From positions 60,134,137 through 60,198,136 of the forward strand of contig NC_057718.1 of the NCBI RefSeq assembly GCF_004010195.1: 64,000 nt of DNA. The letters are read 5' to 3'. Of the stretch, positions 50,288-63,390 are shown piece by piece (position 1 is the first letter of the stretch; every line of letters begins with the position of its first letter). Position numbers and translations under genes: made by a program. This DNA is from Chiloscyllium plagiosum. Lineage: Eukaryota. The notes beneath the pieces are model-generated. The model worked only from the letters and a program-made list of their open reading frames with translations. It made no database searches and was not told the origin of the DNA.

Positions 50288-52877
50288 AAAATACAGGCAA
50301 CTTATGGCTCCAGGGCAGGCTTTTGGGCACATTGAAAACACAGCTGATTATAACTGAATCATGTGGAGCCATAAAAATGAGAAGTAGGGGAGTGACATTG
50401 TTGGAAATGCATGGAATTGTGAAAGTGGTGAAGTGCAGGAAGGCTAAGTTGGGTAAGAGTGTGCTCCAAATACTCTGCAGTGACTATTGTGCTCCACTTG
50501 GTCTCAGAGAGAGGGGTTGTGCTCCAGTCAATTCAATTATCACAGGACTCAGTGCGGGATTATGCTGCAGTCAGTTTGATTGTGGGGATGTGTGGAATTG
50601 TCCTCCAGTCAGCTTTGCATCTTTACGTTCCTGTTAGTGCCAGTGGTAATGGTGGTGTGGATCTGGGGGATTGATAGTGGGGAGCAGGAATGGTGGCAGG
50701 GAGTAGAGACCAACATGTATTCTGTACTTAGTCCAGGAACTGTGCTTCAGTCTGCCAGTGAGAGTTTGTCACTCTGGGGTTAGACTTGAGTATATGTCTG
50801 GGGTCTCGGTGCTCTGCAGGGTCTGTCCAGGGCATTGTCCATACTGTGTCTTGGTCTGACTTGGTGATGAAGCAGAATGAATGGTCACAGGGTTGAGGGA
50901 CTGTTGTGTATTGTAGTTAGTTGATTTGGAAGATGAGAGGCATTGAGTGTTTGATCTCCTGGAGGAGGGAAGGGGGGTGTCACTGAACATTTGGGTGGGA
51001 TGGGCTATCAGGGGAGTGATTAAGGCTCAGTAAGATCTGTGGAACCTTCACACCCAGATTCAGGATTCAGGTTTGGAGGAGCCTTAGTCACAGCCTTTAT
51101 TCAATTGGTATCATATTTTTGCTTATGTTGGGGACCAGGTCGCGGATCACTAGAAGGATGAATGAATTAATCACAAAACCATAGTGTGGAATTCCAATTC
51201 AGCTGTTGGGAGATTAGAGAAACATTGCAGTAAATTGTGGATAGGATAGTGAGAGGAATTGATCCTGTTCTTGGCAGAACAGACACAGAGTCCTGAATGC
51301 CAAATTGCTTACCTAGTACATGTTTTCTGGGCTGGAGAGGAACTTAGATGGAAGGGGAAAGATCCAGTTGTTGTGATTCACACAGGTATCAGCAACATAA
51401 ATAAGATTGGGAAAGAGATTCTGCTGAGGAATTGTGAACAGCCTGGGGCTAAATTAAAAAGCAGAATCAAAATGGAGTAATCTCTGGATTGTGACTTGAA
51501 GTATGTGCAAATTAATATGGGGTAAATGAGATTAGAGAGGTGAATATCTAGCTCAAAGACTACTGTGGGAGAAATAGGTTCTAATTCATGGGCACTGGCA
51601 TCAATATTAGAGTAGGAGAAAGCAATTCCATTGGGATGGGTTTCATTTGAAATGTGCTGGGATTAGTGTTCTTGTGAATTGTAAAACTGGGGTTTTTGGT
51701 AGGGCTTTAAACTAACTACTCGGGGGAATCAATTGAAGGGATATTTAAAAATTGTAAAAGAAGTGAAAAAAAAGAGGTGCAGGATAGTGAAAGAGTGAAC
51801 AATAATCTAAGTGCAACTTGAAGGAAAAAAATACATGCAGAAGAGTGCAATGGAAATTTGAACCAAAGGGAATATTAAAACTAAAAGACAAAGCTTAAAG
51901 CTCTTTATCTTAATGCTTGCAACATTTATAACAAAATGGGTGAGTTGATAGCACAAATAGAATCAATTCAATATGATTTGATAGCTGTTACTGAGATGTG
52001 ATTGCAAGGTGATCAAGCCTGAGAACTCACTATTCAAGCTATTTTGCATCCCAGAAGAATAAGCAAAAAGGAAAAGGAGGTGAGATAGCTTTGTTATAAA
52101 GGAAGATTTTGGTGCAACAGACCAAGATGGCAGGAATGTTATTGTAAAATTTGCGATCCTGACTGGCAAAGTATTTGACAAACTAATGACTGGAGGTGTA
52201 TAATTGCCAGCTGTTATTGGGAAAATGCTCCACACCATTGTTAAGTAAGAAATAGCTGAACATTTAGGAAAGCTTATCACAATCAAAGTTAATCCGGCTT
52301 AATGAAAGGGAGATCAAATTTGACAAAATTTCTAAAGTTCTCTGAGAATCTAATAATCAGAGTTGATACAGGGAATCTATAGATTTATGTATTTTGATTT
52401 CCAGAAAACAATGGATAACATGCAACATAAAATGTTATTGCATAAGATAGGAGCTCATGCTATTTGGATTGTATATTAACATAGATTGAAGATTGCTTAA
52501 CACGCAGGAGACTGAAAGTCAGAATTTATGGATCTTTTTTCAGCTTGGAAAGATGTAACTAGTAGAGTGCTATAAGGATCAATGATTTATCTTCTTTATT
52601 TAATAACTTAGAGGAAGAGGCAGACTGATATATCCCCATTTGCTGATGATACAAGGCATTAGGAACTTGCAAAGGGATATGGATAGGTTCAGTGAGTGGG
52701 CAAACACTTGGCAGATGGAGTTTAATGTAGGAAAATGTGACTTTGATAGGAAAAATCAAAAGACTCATTGTAATTTAAATGGAGATAGAGAGATTCCAAA
52801 AATGGCATTGCAGAGGTATCTGGGTATTGTTGTGCATGATACACACAAAGTTAACATGCAGATGCAGCAAGTAATTA

Positions 52878-53420
52878 TAGTGTCACAGAATTATACAGCA
52901 CGGATTGGTCCATCACACCCATTTTGACCAAGTTTCTCAAACTAAAGTAGTTCCACATGCCTGCATTTGGTCCATATTCCTCTAAATCTTTTCTATTCAT
53001 ATACCTCTCCAACCACTTTTTAAATGTTGTAACTCTACATATATCAATTACTTCCTCTGTACGTTCATTCCACACATGAACCATCTTCTCTATGAAAAAA
53101 CTGTCTTTTAAATCTTACTCCTCTTACCTTAAATATATGCTCACTAGTTTTGAAGTCACCCACCCTAGGGAAAGGACCTTGTCTTTTTTTTTAATCTATA
53201 TCCCTCAGTCTTTTGTAAACCTCTGTAAGGACACCCCTCAAACTCCTACACTTCAGTGAAAAATGTCCCAGCCTATCCAGCCTCTCCTTATAATTCAAAC
53301 CCTCCAGTCCCGACAACATCCCAGTAAGCGTTTCTGAGTTGTCTCCAATTTTATAATGTCCTTCCTATAGCAGGGCAAACAGAATTGTACACAGTACTCC
53401 AAAAGTGGCATCACCAACCA
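52878..53420 (-). mobile_element. HER1/CR1 3' fragment nested in the older CR1
   Basis: Minus ORFs LVMPLLEYCVQFCLPCYRKDIIKLE and VWNERTEEV...YMNRKDLEEYGP. Confidence 0.85.
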
Positions 53421-53767
53421 CATAGAATTTTGGCCTTTATAGCAAAAGAGTTGAAGCTTTAAAATTGGCAAGTCTTGTTCCAAATGTGAGGCTGCACCTG
53501 GAGTGTCATGTACAGATTTCGTTTCCACTTCAAGAAAAGATATAATGGCATTGTAGGCACTTTAAAATAGATTCACTGGGCTAAATCCTGGTTTGAAAGG
53601 GTGGACTTTTAAAGAAATGCTAAACAGTTTAAGCATTTATTTATAGTAATTCAGAAAGTTGAGCAAAGATTTTATTGAAACATGCAAGATTCTGAGAGGG
53701 TTTGACAGGGTAGATATTGAGAGCATGTTTCCACTAGTAGGGGAACCTTCAACTAGAGAACATAATT

Positions 53768-54419
53768 GAAGTTGTTGGAATGGCTAGGTATTGTTCAAGC
53801 TCATCGGAGTCTGTCCACTTCAGACCAGTGGCATTGTTTTCTCTGCGTACTTTTTTCTTTATTTCTTCCTCATCTTTGAGGCCAGGGCGATGCCAGCGGG
53901 GCAGTAGCTGCAACATCGGTGGTGTGCACAAGGACTCCTGGCAACAGTAGTAGTGCCCAGAGCCTGGATTCTCAGTGACAGTAGGACTGGAGCCTGGCTG
54001 CTTAGTGGCAACGGAGCCCAGAGTGGGAAACTCCTGGTGATGATAGGCCTGGAGCCTGGATGCTTAGTGGCAACGGAGCTCAGAGAGGGGACTCCTGGTG
54101 GTGATAGGCCTGGAGCCTGGACTCTTGGCAGTGTCAGTGATGTGGTAGTGGCAACAGAGTCAGTGTTTCCTAGCAGTGACATAGTCATGGCTTTTCCCAC
54201 AGCGGAATACCTTACGGACTGGAACTCCTGAAGAAAACTTGTAGAAGCCCTGAATTTGTGCTTGAGACCCCAATTTGAACAGAAGATGAACCCTTATTTA
54301 AGTAATTTATTTTTATCCGATTATACCTCAAAATGCTACTGGATTATGATGACAAACCACTTTTTACTGTATCATCAAAACATATTTGACAATAAATAAC
54401 TCATTCATAATTCATAATT
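53768..54419 (+). mobile_element. ~650-bp non-coding GC-rich insertion with internal tandem repeats and an AATAAA tail
   Basis: Splits the CR1 motif actagagaacataatt|acagaatacgggg. cataatt at 53761-53767 recurs at 54406-54412 and 54413-54419. Repeats of ggagcctgg..gcttagtggcaacggagc at ~53985-54130. Confidence 0.7.
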
Positions 54420-55294
54420 ACAGAATACGGGGACATTCATTTAAAACTGAGATGTGAAAGAATGTCTTCTATCAGAGAATAGCAAGTATCTGGAATTCTC
54501 TACCCTCGCAGTTTGTGGAGGCTAGATCTTTGAAAGTATTTAAAAAGGGGTAGTAGACATTTGAAGTATCAGGATATTAAAGGTTGTGATGAGCTCCCTC
54601 AAAAAGAGTCAAAACCTGGACCAATCCAACTATGAACTTATAGAATGACAGGGCAGGTTAGAGGGGCAGAATGGACTACACCTGCTCTTATTTCTTCTGT
54701 TTTCTTACAATTATTGTTGAAGAACCTGTTTGACTCTGAACATTTTTTATTTTATTTGTGTAATGTTGAATTTGAAAATATTAGTTGAACTGTACTTTTT
54801 TCTAAAGTTTGCTTATGATTTTTCAATTCTTAGTATGTATGCCCTAATTATTTTATTTCACTTATTGTAACACTATACAAAGTCAAAGATAATCAGTGTA
54901 TATTATTTCTTCATTTGATGTCTATGAAAATACTGAAATATGATTGGCTGCAACACCAGCTCTATGGTATCATGGATATCTGTCACCTGGAGATCCCTGT
55001 GACTTTGCATCAGATTGATATTATATTTTATTCATATATCCATTTGGGAAAGGGAAATTGAAGGCACAAAGACCATTAGATTTTTGTGGGAAGCTTTCTT
55101 TGAGGTTAGTGGTGAGAGCCATCACTGACTTCACCAATGATAACCATATATTCTAAATATCCTATGAATAAGAGCCTTGAATTCCACAGTTAGTACACTG
55201 AATTGTTCAGAACAATAAGCAGTAGTTATTCATTATTACTTCTCTAATGTTATTATGATCAACTAAATTGAAGCAAGGCATAGTTTTCAGAACA

Positions 55295-55637
55295 GAGTCA
55301 CTACAGCATGGAAACAGGCCCTTCGTCCCAACAGGTCTACACTGACCCTCCAAAGACTAACCCACCCAGACCCATTTCCTTATCCTATTGTCCTTTATTT
55401 ACCCCTGACCAATGCATCTAACCTACACATCCTTGAATACTACGGGCAATTTAGCATGGCCAATTCACCTAATCTGCACATCTTTGGATTGAGGGAGGAA
55501 GCTAGAGCACTCAGAGGAAACATACACAGATACAGGGAGAACATGCGAACTCCACACAGACAGTCACCCAGGCTGGGATCGAACCCAGGTCCCTGGAGCT
55601 GTGAGGCAGCAGTGCTAGCCACTGAGCCACCATGCTG
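55295..55637 (-). mobile_element. Full-length HE1 SINE with HER1-like tail
   Basis: Reverse head gctgtgaggcagcagtgctagccactgagccaccatgc, B box ggatcgaaccc, tail tacagcatggaaacaggcccttcg. Confidence 0.92.
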
Positions 55638-56427
55638 TTTTGATTCTGTGATTCACAGCTGTCAGCAGGCAGCTACACTCACTGAGACCTTGTGTAAGGA
55701 AATTGTGGAAACAGCTATGATTTTATATCCACTACTCACATTTCCTGAGACATGCTTCTTACAAGTGTAGCTGCCCATTGGGAGCAACAGATCATGCAAT
55801 CACCCCTGAACACTGAAAAAAAGGAATGCAAGAGTTTTGTGTATTTCCCTGTAACTATCTTATCCCCGTTGTTATGTCAGAAATCCATTTTGTTCAGTGC
55901 TGGTTTGGGATAGTGAGGTTATGACCTTACCAAAGACTAAATATTTTATTTGCTGCAACTCTGAATCTTTTTAAGATATTTATTGGACTCCTTTGATAGT
56001 TTCTTTATGAGGAGAGTTGACTAGGTTTGCCATTTGCCCAGGTCAGGGCAAGGTTACCATCAGTTATTATCAATTATTAAATTCCTTTGTGACTCTTACG
56101 TTTGCACATTTTTCTTTGTACATTAATATCTTAGTAGCCAGTAATCATTGTGCTTTAAAAATAAACGTACATTACATTGCCTTACATATTTGTCTCCATG
56201 AAAGGCTGAATTTATCAAGATACAAACCTAATGTTGCTGACTGTACGCTATAATAACTCAAAAATACTATGTTTATATAAGTATTTTGTATATTTTAATG
56301 GTACTCTTTGAAATTGCTTTCAGTTCATCAGGCATTTTGTAGAGTTGTATTTATTTCAAAATAGATATTTTTCTTTCTTCTCTCATGTGAATTTGTTGCA
56401 ATTACTTTCTGCCATCTGGATTCCTTC

Positions 56428-56747
56428 AGTCATCGAGTCACAGAGATGTACAGCATGGAAACAGACCCTTCGGTCCAACCCGTCCATGTCGACCAGATAT
56501 CTCAACCCAATCTAGTCCCACCTGCCAGCACCCGACCCATATCTCTCCAAATCCTTACTATTCATATACCCATCCAAATGCCTTTTAAATGTTGCAATTG
56601 TACCAGACTCCACCACTTCCTCTGGCAGCTCATTCCATAAATGTACCACCCTCTGTGTGAAAAAGTTGCCTCTTAGATCTCTTTTATATCTTTCCCCTCT
56701 CACCCTAAACCTATGCCCTCTAGTTCTGGATTCTCCCACCCCAGGAA
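56428..56747 (-). mobile_element. HER1/CR1 3' end
   Basis: FPGVGESRTRGHRFRVRGERYKRDLRGNFFTQRVV. Confidence 0.92.
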
Positions 56748-56881
56748 ATGGATCAGTTAATTCAGCATGCATACCATCAATATTGGTATACATCAGTTCT
56801 CCTTTCTTTGAATGCTACTACAAGACATACCAAACTGTTTTGCAACTTACCTAACAAGCATTAACTGAAACATAAGTTAAC

Positions 56882-57439
56882 CTCTCACTGAGTAATCCAG
56901 GGCGTTGTGACTTGACTCCCTCACTCCATTGTATGAGGATCAGATGGACTTGTGGTGCATGTCTGATACGAGATCAGAAAGTTGCAAATGGACAACTGGA
57001 TTCATAAATCAGAGGTCTATCTATCAAAGTCAGCGTCTTCTGCTACAGTTGTAGTGTTCCTACATTTGGGCTAGAAAGTCTGGATTCAAGTTTATCTACT
57101 CCAGAGCTGTATTTGAACACATTGATTAAAAACTTTTATAACAATGGTGACTGAATGGTAAGGAGTTAGATTGCTAATCCTTTGTATTCTCCACACACAG
57201 GTGTGATCTTGTCACTGTAATTGCATTGCAGCATGTTTTAAGAGATCTTGTAGCACAATTGGTCACATTCCTCCCTCTGGGCCAGAATATCCGGGTTTGC
57301 GTCCCATACCAGGATGTATTGAACTTGGAAAGTGCATCAATGACACAGCCAGATAGATTGATTACCAAACCGCAAAACCTTCGAATACACCTGAGAGTGA
57401 GGGAGTCAAGTCACAACGCCCTGGATTACTCAGTGAGAG
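56882..57439. repeat. Perfect 45-bp inverted repeat with 468-bp spacer
   Basis: 56882-56926 ctctcactgagtaatccagggcgttgtgacttgactccctcactc is the exact reverse complement of 57395-57439. Confidence 0.97.
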
Positions 57440-57560
57440 TATCAGAGCTTACTGGTCAACCATTCTGCAGAAGGCAATGGCAAACCATTGCAGTATTTCG
57501 CCAGACCTAGACAATGGAAGTTGATGGGTTGACCCTCAGAAATAGAGATGGGAGAAAAGA
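57245..57560 (+). mobile_element. Diverged tRNA-headed SINE with an RTE/BovB-like motif (a second head at ~57035-57110)
   Basis: Head tgtagcacaattggtcacattcctccctctgggccagaatatccgggtttgcgtccc; gaaggcaatggcaaaccattgcagtatttcgcc resembles RTE/Bov-A gaaggaaatggcaacccactccagtattcttgcc. Confidence 0.5.
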
Positions 57561-60500
57561 CAGTCAGTGAAAGAAGGGAAGACTTGAGGTTGTCTTCTTA
57601 CTTCTGAGTTCAAATCTCACCTGTCCTAAAGTTATCTTATAACATATCCTAACAGATTAATTAAAGTAATTACTGAATGAGAATCATAGAACTTTGAAGA
57701 GTCGTAAGAGCAGGAAAAGCTTATTATGCCTAGCATTGACTTCAGCCTGCATCTCCCTTTTCTGTCATGAAAAATATTACAATTGTTTCTTAAACTCAGT
57801 GCAGTTCACTGTTCACTTATGATCCTGTAACTGAAAGTGTTCTCCCAGACTCCCTTTTGTCTTCCTAACTTTTGTATTTACTTATGGTTAATAATATGTC
57901 CAACACAATCCCTTGAGCAGACATGTTAGCCCTCATATTTACGGACAGGCAGGGGGAATGAGGAAAGCCAAAAGTGGTACAAAAAGTAGTCAAGCATAGA
58001 ATTCCTGCCAAATTAAAACCATGACATCTTCTTTTGAAATTTGACAGAAGTAACTAATTTATTAAACCATCCCAAAAACAGGTCTAGGCAAAAAATGCAG
58101 TCACTTGCAAAACAGAAAAATAGATCTGGACTGAATCTAAGGTTGAAGTTATAGCTTAGACTCCAATCACATAGTGAAACCAGAGCTCACCCAATTTGTT
58201 GTACATGACTGTCCAACATAGGCTTCTCACAAAGCTGAGCTTTAATCAACTAAAACTATCACATTTGTACTGGCATGCATCTAAAATTGCTTATATCATC
58301 AATGCTTGGAAATAATGTCAAAGATAAAAAAAAATCCTCACCAAGGACAATTCTCTGTTTTTGCAAAGATGGAGAGGTCAGTACTTAATTTATAGGAACG
58401 TTTGAACTTGGGATACAACATTGAGTGACATCATTGCTCTGAGAATTTGTCGCCTGCTGGGAGTCTAAAGCTGAACTGGAATGTAAAATTTTGATAATAG
58501 AAAGACAATGTTGACAAATATAGCCTGATGAAGAATCCTTGAACTACAAAATTTTGAAAGAATTGCTGATAAAATAACGTGATACTTTCAGTTTGAGGAG
58601 GAAACCCAAAGGTCATACATTCTCAAAAGGCATCTCTTGGCATTAAAACAACCTAAATAAATACCTATTGAATCTGAAGCGATAGAATCAGAAATTAGGA
58701 TAGAACTGACATCAGTGCTGGAAAAGGATTAGTGGGAATCTAAAAGAATTTGATTGAACAGAAGCAATGAAAAGAGCCAAAGTCGCCAATGCGGATAAAC
58801 CCTGCTATTGTCATGCCTAAAATGAGGCTGAAATACAGCAAATTGTAATTGAAATGTTAGAGACACTGACTGGTGCCTGGTTGTTCAACCAGGATTTCTC
58901 TGGTGACATTGTCACTATTTTTGCCTTCCCAGCTTTTCTTCTGCATATGGTAACATTAGCAGATCTTAAGAACACTGTAGATTTCTGCTACTTCCAACCC
59001 AGTTACTGCCACTTCCTGGAGCTATTCTGTGTAAAAGTAAGGACAGGAACTGACATCTGGCAGTCATTCTCAATTTGTCTGTTCAGGTCTAAGAGTGAGA
59101 TTCCACAATTATCTGACTGAAAGGTGAGAGTGCAGCCAATTGTACACAGCAGAAAAATGAATATGCGAGGGATGGGCAGACATCTCTCATTTTCCTGTTG
59201 CAACTCCAATCTGAAACCAATTGTCTCTTACATCCTAACAACGCTATTGGAAAACCAGAGAGTGGAAAGGTTGAGTGGCTTCATAGAAAATTGCCTGAAA
59301 GAAAGTGTGAGTTAATGATGTGAACTGTAGGGTTTGACTCCAGCAAACGTGAATCATCTTCTCAGACTTTAAAAATCTCTATAAAAACCCAATACGAAAG
59401 TAAAATTATATTCACAAGGGTGTGAAAGATATGACGAAAAATACAATTAAGCAGAAAACACAATAAAGAGAGTATTGTATCTACAATATGCAAAAATCAC
59501 TGAGAATTATGCTACTCTAAATGGGAAGAGAGATTAATTATTAAATCTTTTATTTAGTTAGTGCCTTGTGATAATTATACACATAATTACCATAAAATAT
59601 TAACTGTGCTGAATTCATACAGTAAGAAAGAGGGATTTTCTGTTTCACTTCTTTGAGATGGAAAGTATTTTTTGCATGTGTGTGTGTAAGTAACATGATA
59701 TCCAAAACATTGGATTATTTAATAAGAGTGAGACAAATTAACAAATAGTCCAGTCAAAAAAATGTAAGAGATAGGATTTATTTATTTTGTTTTATTTTTC
59801 TTCAGGGTTGCATAAACCACATTGAATTCATAGTCTACCTCTGATTTTCTTGGCAATGTTATGGAAAACCTTATTCTTAAGTCATTACATTACAGATACA
59901 GCTGCCGTAAAGGAAATCAGAGAGAATCAATTACATGTGAAGTTGAGAGATTGTGTCCCCCTGTGCTACTTCAGCAAAGTTGCTTACCTGGTTCATTGTA
60001 TGCGTTCCCTAAGGCTCACAAGTGTGCTGGCTGGCTCAGAATGGGAGTATCTCTTGACTGTCACCAGGAACCTAAGGTGTCTGCACAGGGTCTGTTTGGC
60101 GGGTCCACAGTCTTAGTAGTAAGAAAGCTTTCTGAAGTAGAGTTTGTGATTTAAAAAAAGTGAATCTATGAAAGCAGAGAAAATTTGAGTCTGTTATGAT
60201 CGCTGGATCAGCGCAGAACCTGAGTACATTGTATTGTGCTGCCAACTGAAAAGCAGTAGTCTGATATAAATTTTGAGCAGGAGTGAAGTGTTTTACATGC
60301 AAAGAAGACCCAGTATAAACAGGAAAATGACATAAAAAGTAGTGAAAATACTGGAAACTGTTGTGCCAAGAAAATACATTCAGAAAACCACAAAGGCTAA
60401 ACTGGGAATGGATGCAAACATGAATGATGATCTTCAAGTTAAATTACTAACCAGAGCTGAATTATAATTTAGGATGGTGTCAGGTGCTGGCTAAATGCCA

Positions 60501-62248
60501 CGATTGGCTGTGGAAACTGAGGCTGTGCCAGGATTGACGACGAAATTGAAATTGGAAGTCGCATTGCCAGTAAATGATGAGCCAACAACCAGTGTTGTTG
60601 ACAAAAGGTAAGCCAGAAGCTGGTTTGATTTGGAATTTGATCCAAAGATTGGGATTGTCATGGGAGCAGTATTAGTCATAGAGGCCAGACTAGCTGCTAA
60701 ATTGTTCATAAATACTCAGCCAGAAGCTGAGATGTTGTTCGAAGTTTGGGCAGCTATTGAAAGCATTACAGGGCGACAGGCAGTCTGCTGTGAAAGACAA
60801 GGGAATTTGAGGTAAAGATATTGAAGCAGACAACTCTATTTGATCTGTTCTGAGCCAATAGTCAGATTAGCAAATGTCTGATTTAACTTGGCCTGCTTGG
60901 CCAATCACTGTGCAACTCACAACCTCTTCTCAATATTGTTTCATTGAGTTAAACTTCCTATTTTGTGAAGAAACATGAAAGAATCACTGTATTATAATTA
61001 CAATTTTGAAATGTTTGATTCCTGAAATTTGGATTGGTAAGCAAAAGTGGAAAAATAGCATCAAATAATAAAGCTCACAATACATACCAAATGGATTACC
61101 GACACAGTTCAAAAGTCAAGAATTGATCTTCCACTTATGGTGCGCATATTTTTCAGCAAAAATGGTTTACCTGTGACCATATGTTTTTAAAATGGGAAAC
61201 TAAAATGAGAAAATTCACAGGACATATTCAGGCCCACATTGGCAAATCTGAGTTTATTTCATAAGAAGGCTTTGCACAATAGGTCATTCTTTGACACAGC
61301 AATTTCAAATCAGAATATATCCTGTGGTTTACTGGGAAGCAAAGTAAAAAGATTAAATCTCAACAGCATTGGGACCAAGTTCACAAATAGGGCAACTTAA
61401 CACAAAAATTAGAATTAAAGTTAAATTAATGAAAATACTTCAACTACAACACTTGGATACTTTCATTTGGGATTGGTGTTTAAGAGCATCCTAGAGAATA
61501 AAGAAAATTATACCTTTGGTTCATATTATCTCTTCTATCCTACTGTTCTAGTTAACTGTAGGTGCAAGGATCTTGTGGATTTCATTGCCACAATGTTGGA
61601 GACTGGAATTGAATTTTTGCATATGTTTCCCACTTGTTCCCTGTAACTCAATGGAAGAGTAACAAAAAAAAAATTTGTTACTTAAGATTTACATAACTCT
61701 TCCATCAAACTTGTAGTGGATAAAGAGAAGAATTTCTGTGAAAATATACCCCACCTTGGTGTCAAATGTGTTGTACATCTAATGGATTTACTACTCTAAG
61801 CTAGCTGCAGATTGTGTCAAGAACCTAGGAGTTTGAGAGTGTGCCACCTGAATTCGTGCTTTTCTGAGTTGTAAAACACAACTTTAACAAGAAGTACACT
61901 TACTTATGAAAAGCATCATTGGTTGTCTGAAAATACATGCATCCTTTTAAGCTCAGAGGTTTTTCAGTTAACAATTGCTTTAATGTCTAGTGTTTAGTCA
62001 CATTAAGGAGTAGATCAATGTGCAACTCTATGCATATATTGAGTAAGATATTGACTAAGATTTCAAAATATCTTTTCCTAACATAATATAATTTTTCTTT
62101 TTATTAGATTATTGTGCTTGATAGAAAATAATTCAAATGAAAGATTTATTATTAACAAGTTCAATATTAATTTCGTGAAATCACTCTCTACTAATCAGGA
62201 TATACTTTCTCTGTTGCAGGCAATTCTTCAGACTGATTTCTATGCTTC

Positions 62249-62452
62249 AAGAGAGTGGTGCTGGAAAAGCACAGCAAGTCGGGCAGCAGCCGAAGAGCAG
62301 GAAAATCGACATTTTGGGCAAAAGCCCTTCATCAAGGATTATTTTTGCCCGAAACTTCTTGCTCCTCGGATGCTGCCTGACCTGCTAAGCTTTTCCAGCA
62401 CCACACTCTTGATTCTAATCTCTAGCATCTGCAGTTCTCAATTTTGCCTAGT
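62249..62452. mobile_element. Fold-back family B element with a decayed hammerhead
   Basis: 15-bp TSD tgatttctatgcttc 62234-62248 / 62453-62467; IR arms gtggtgctggaaaagc / gcttttccagcaccac; minus ttgatgaagggcttttgcccaaaatgtcgat and plus ttttgcccgaaac. Confidence 0.85.
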
Positions 62453-63264
62453 TGATTTCTATGCTTCTATGACCACAGCTCACAATAGCACTGGCCACCT
62501 CCAAAGCAAAAGCTTGACAAATTGACCTGATATAGGTATTGAGTTCCTTCTTTACATATGCCCACAATCTAAGTCTACTGCAGATACTGTTAATGTACAA
62601 CTTCTAATTGTTGTTACCTAATAGGGGAGTTGGTGCACTTTTGCCTAGAGAGATATATCTGTGTACTGCTGTCTTTGCCAGCCAGTTGTGTTGAAGTACT
62701 GAAATGCCAGGTCTCTGTTTGGCTGACAACTCTTGGAGATGAAATCTTTGCCTTTAAAGAGAAAGAAATCCCATTTCCAGGATGTTCATTGCATGATAGT
62801 CAAGCAAAGTGCAAGTCTTCCAGAAATAGGAGGTTTGCCTCTGGCTTTCTTACCAGTAAATGGATTCATTACTCGTGCCTGTTAAATAACTGCTGAATAA
62901 TGAGTTGCATATGACTTGCACAAATAGTACAGGCATTAGTAACTTGTAAATTTCAAGGGACAGGATTCTCTGGATATGGAGTGGTGCACAATTTCTGCTG
63001 CAGTCATTCAGATAAAAACTTCGATGGGGTGTAGTATATGGAAAATCATTGGGATACATGCACATTGAAATAATTGATACATTGGCAAGTTTATGAGAGA
63101 ACTTGTTTTCACAAACAAGTAACTTGGCATTAACTACACACAGGGCTTTGTGCAGATCTTGAAGCCCACCCTTTCCAGTATGAGTTGTAGCCAATTCCAA
63201 CTTGTGGACATCGCCATGATGTAGCATTTGAATTAATGTCTTGGGTCAAATATGATCCACCAAC

Positions 63265-63390
63265 AGAAATGAAGGGTCATATTCGACAGAAAATATAAAC
63301 TTAGTTTCTTTTTCCACAGATGTGGCAGATCTACTGAGTTTTTCCATCACTTCGCTTTTATTTTAGATTTACAGCATCTGCAGTTTTTTT
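63265..63390 (+). mobile_element. Old relative of family B elements
   Basis: atgaagggtcat...cacagatgtggcagatctactgagtttttccatcac...cagcatctgcagtt parallels the family B 3' half. Confidence 0.5.

Larger units (their letters stand above)
51270..54700 (+). mobile_element. Old, internally deleted CR1 with SGNH-esterase-like ORF1 and ORF2 remnants, carrying two nested insertions
   Basis: GKDPVVVIHTGISNI...GAKLKSRIK (VVHvGTND-like); LKALYLNA...NKMGELIAQI...YDLIAVTE (APE); LQRDMDRFSEWANTWQMEFNVGKC (RT). Confidence 0.8.

Noticed and set aside
50300..51150. G/T-skewed segment with several short ORFs
   Set aside because: Likely a decayed repeat, but no motif could be assigned.
53859..54231. 113-aa and 92-aa overlapping ORFs
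   Set aside because: By-product of GC-rich tandem repeats within an insertion; no domain recognisable.
59861..60154. 97-aa ATG ORF
   Set aside because: No recognisable homology or motif; length compatible with chance.
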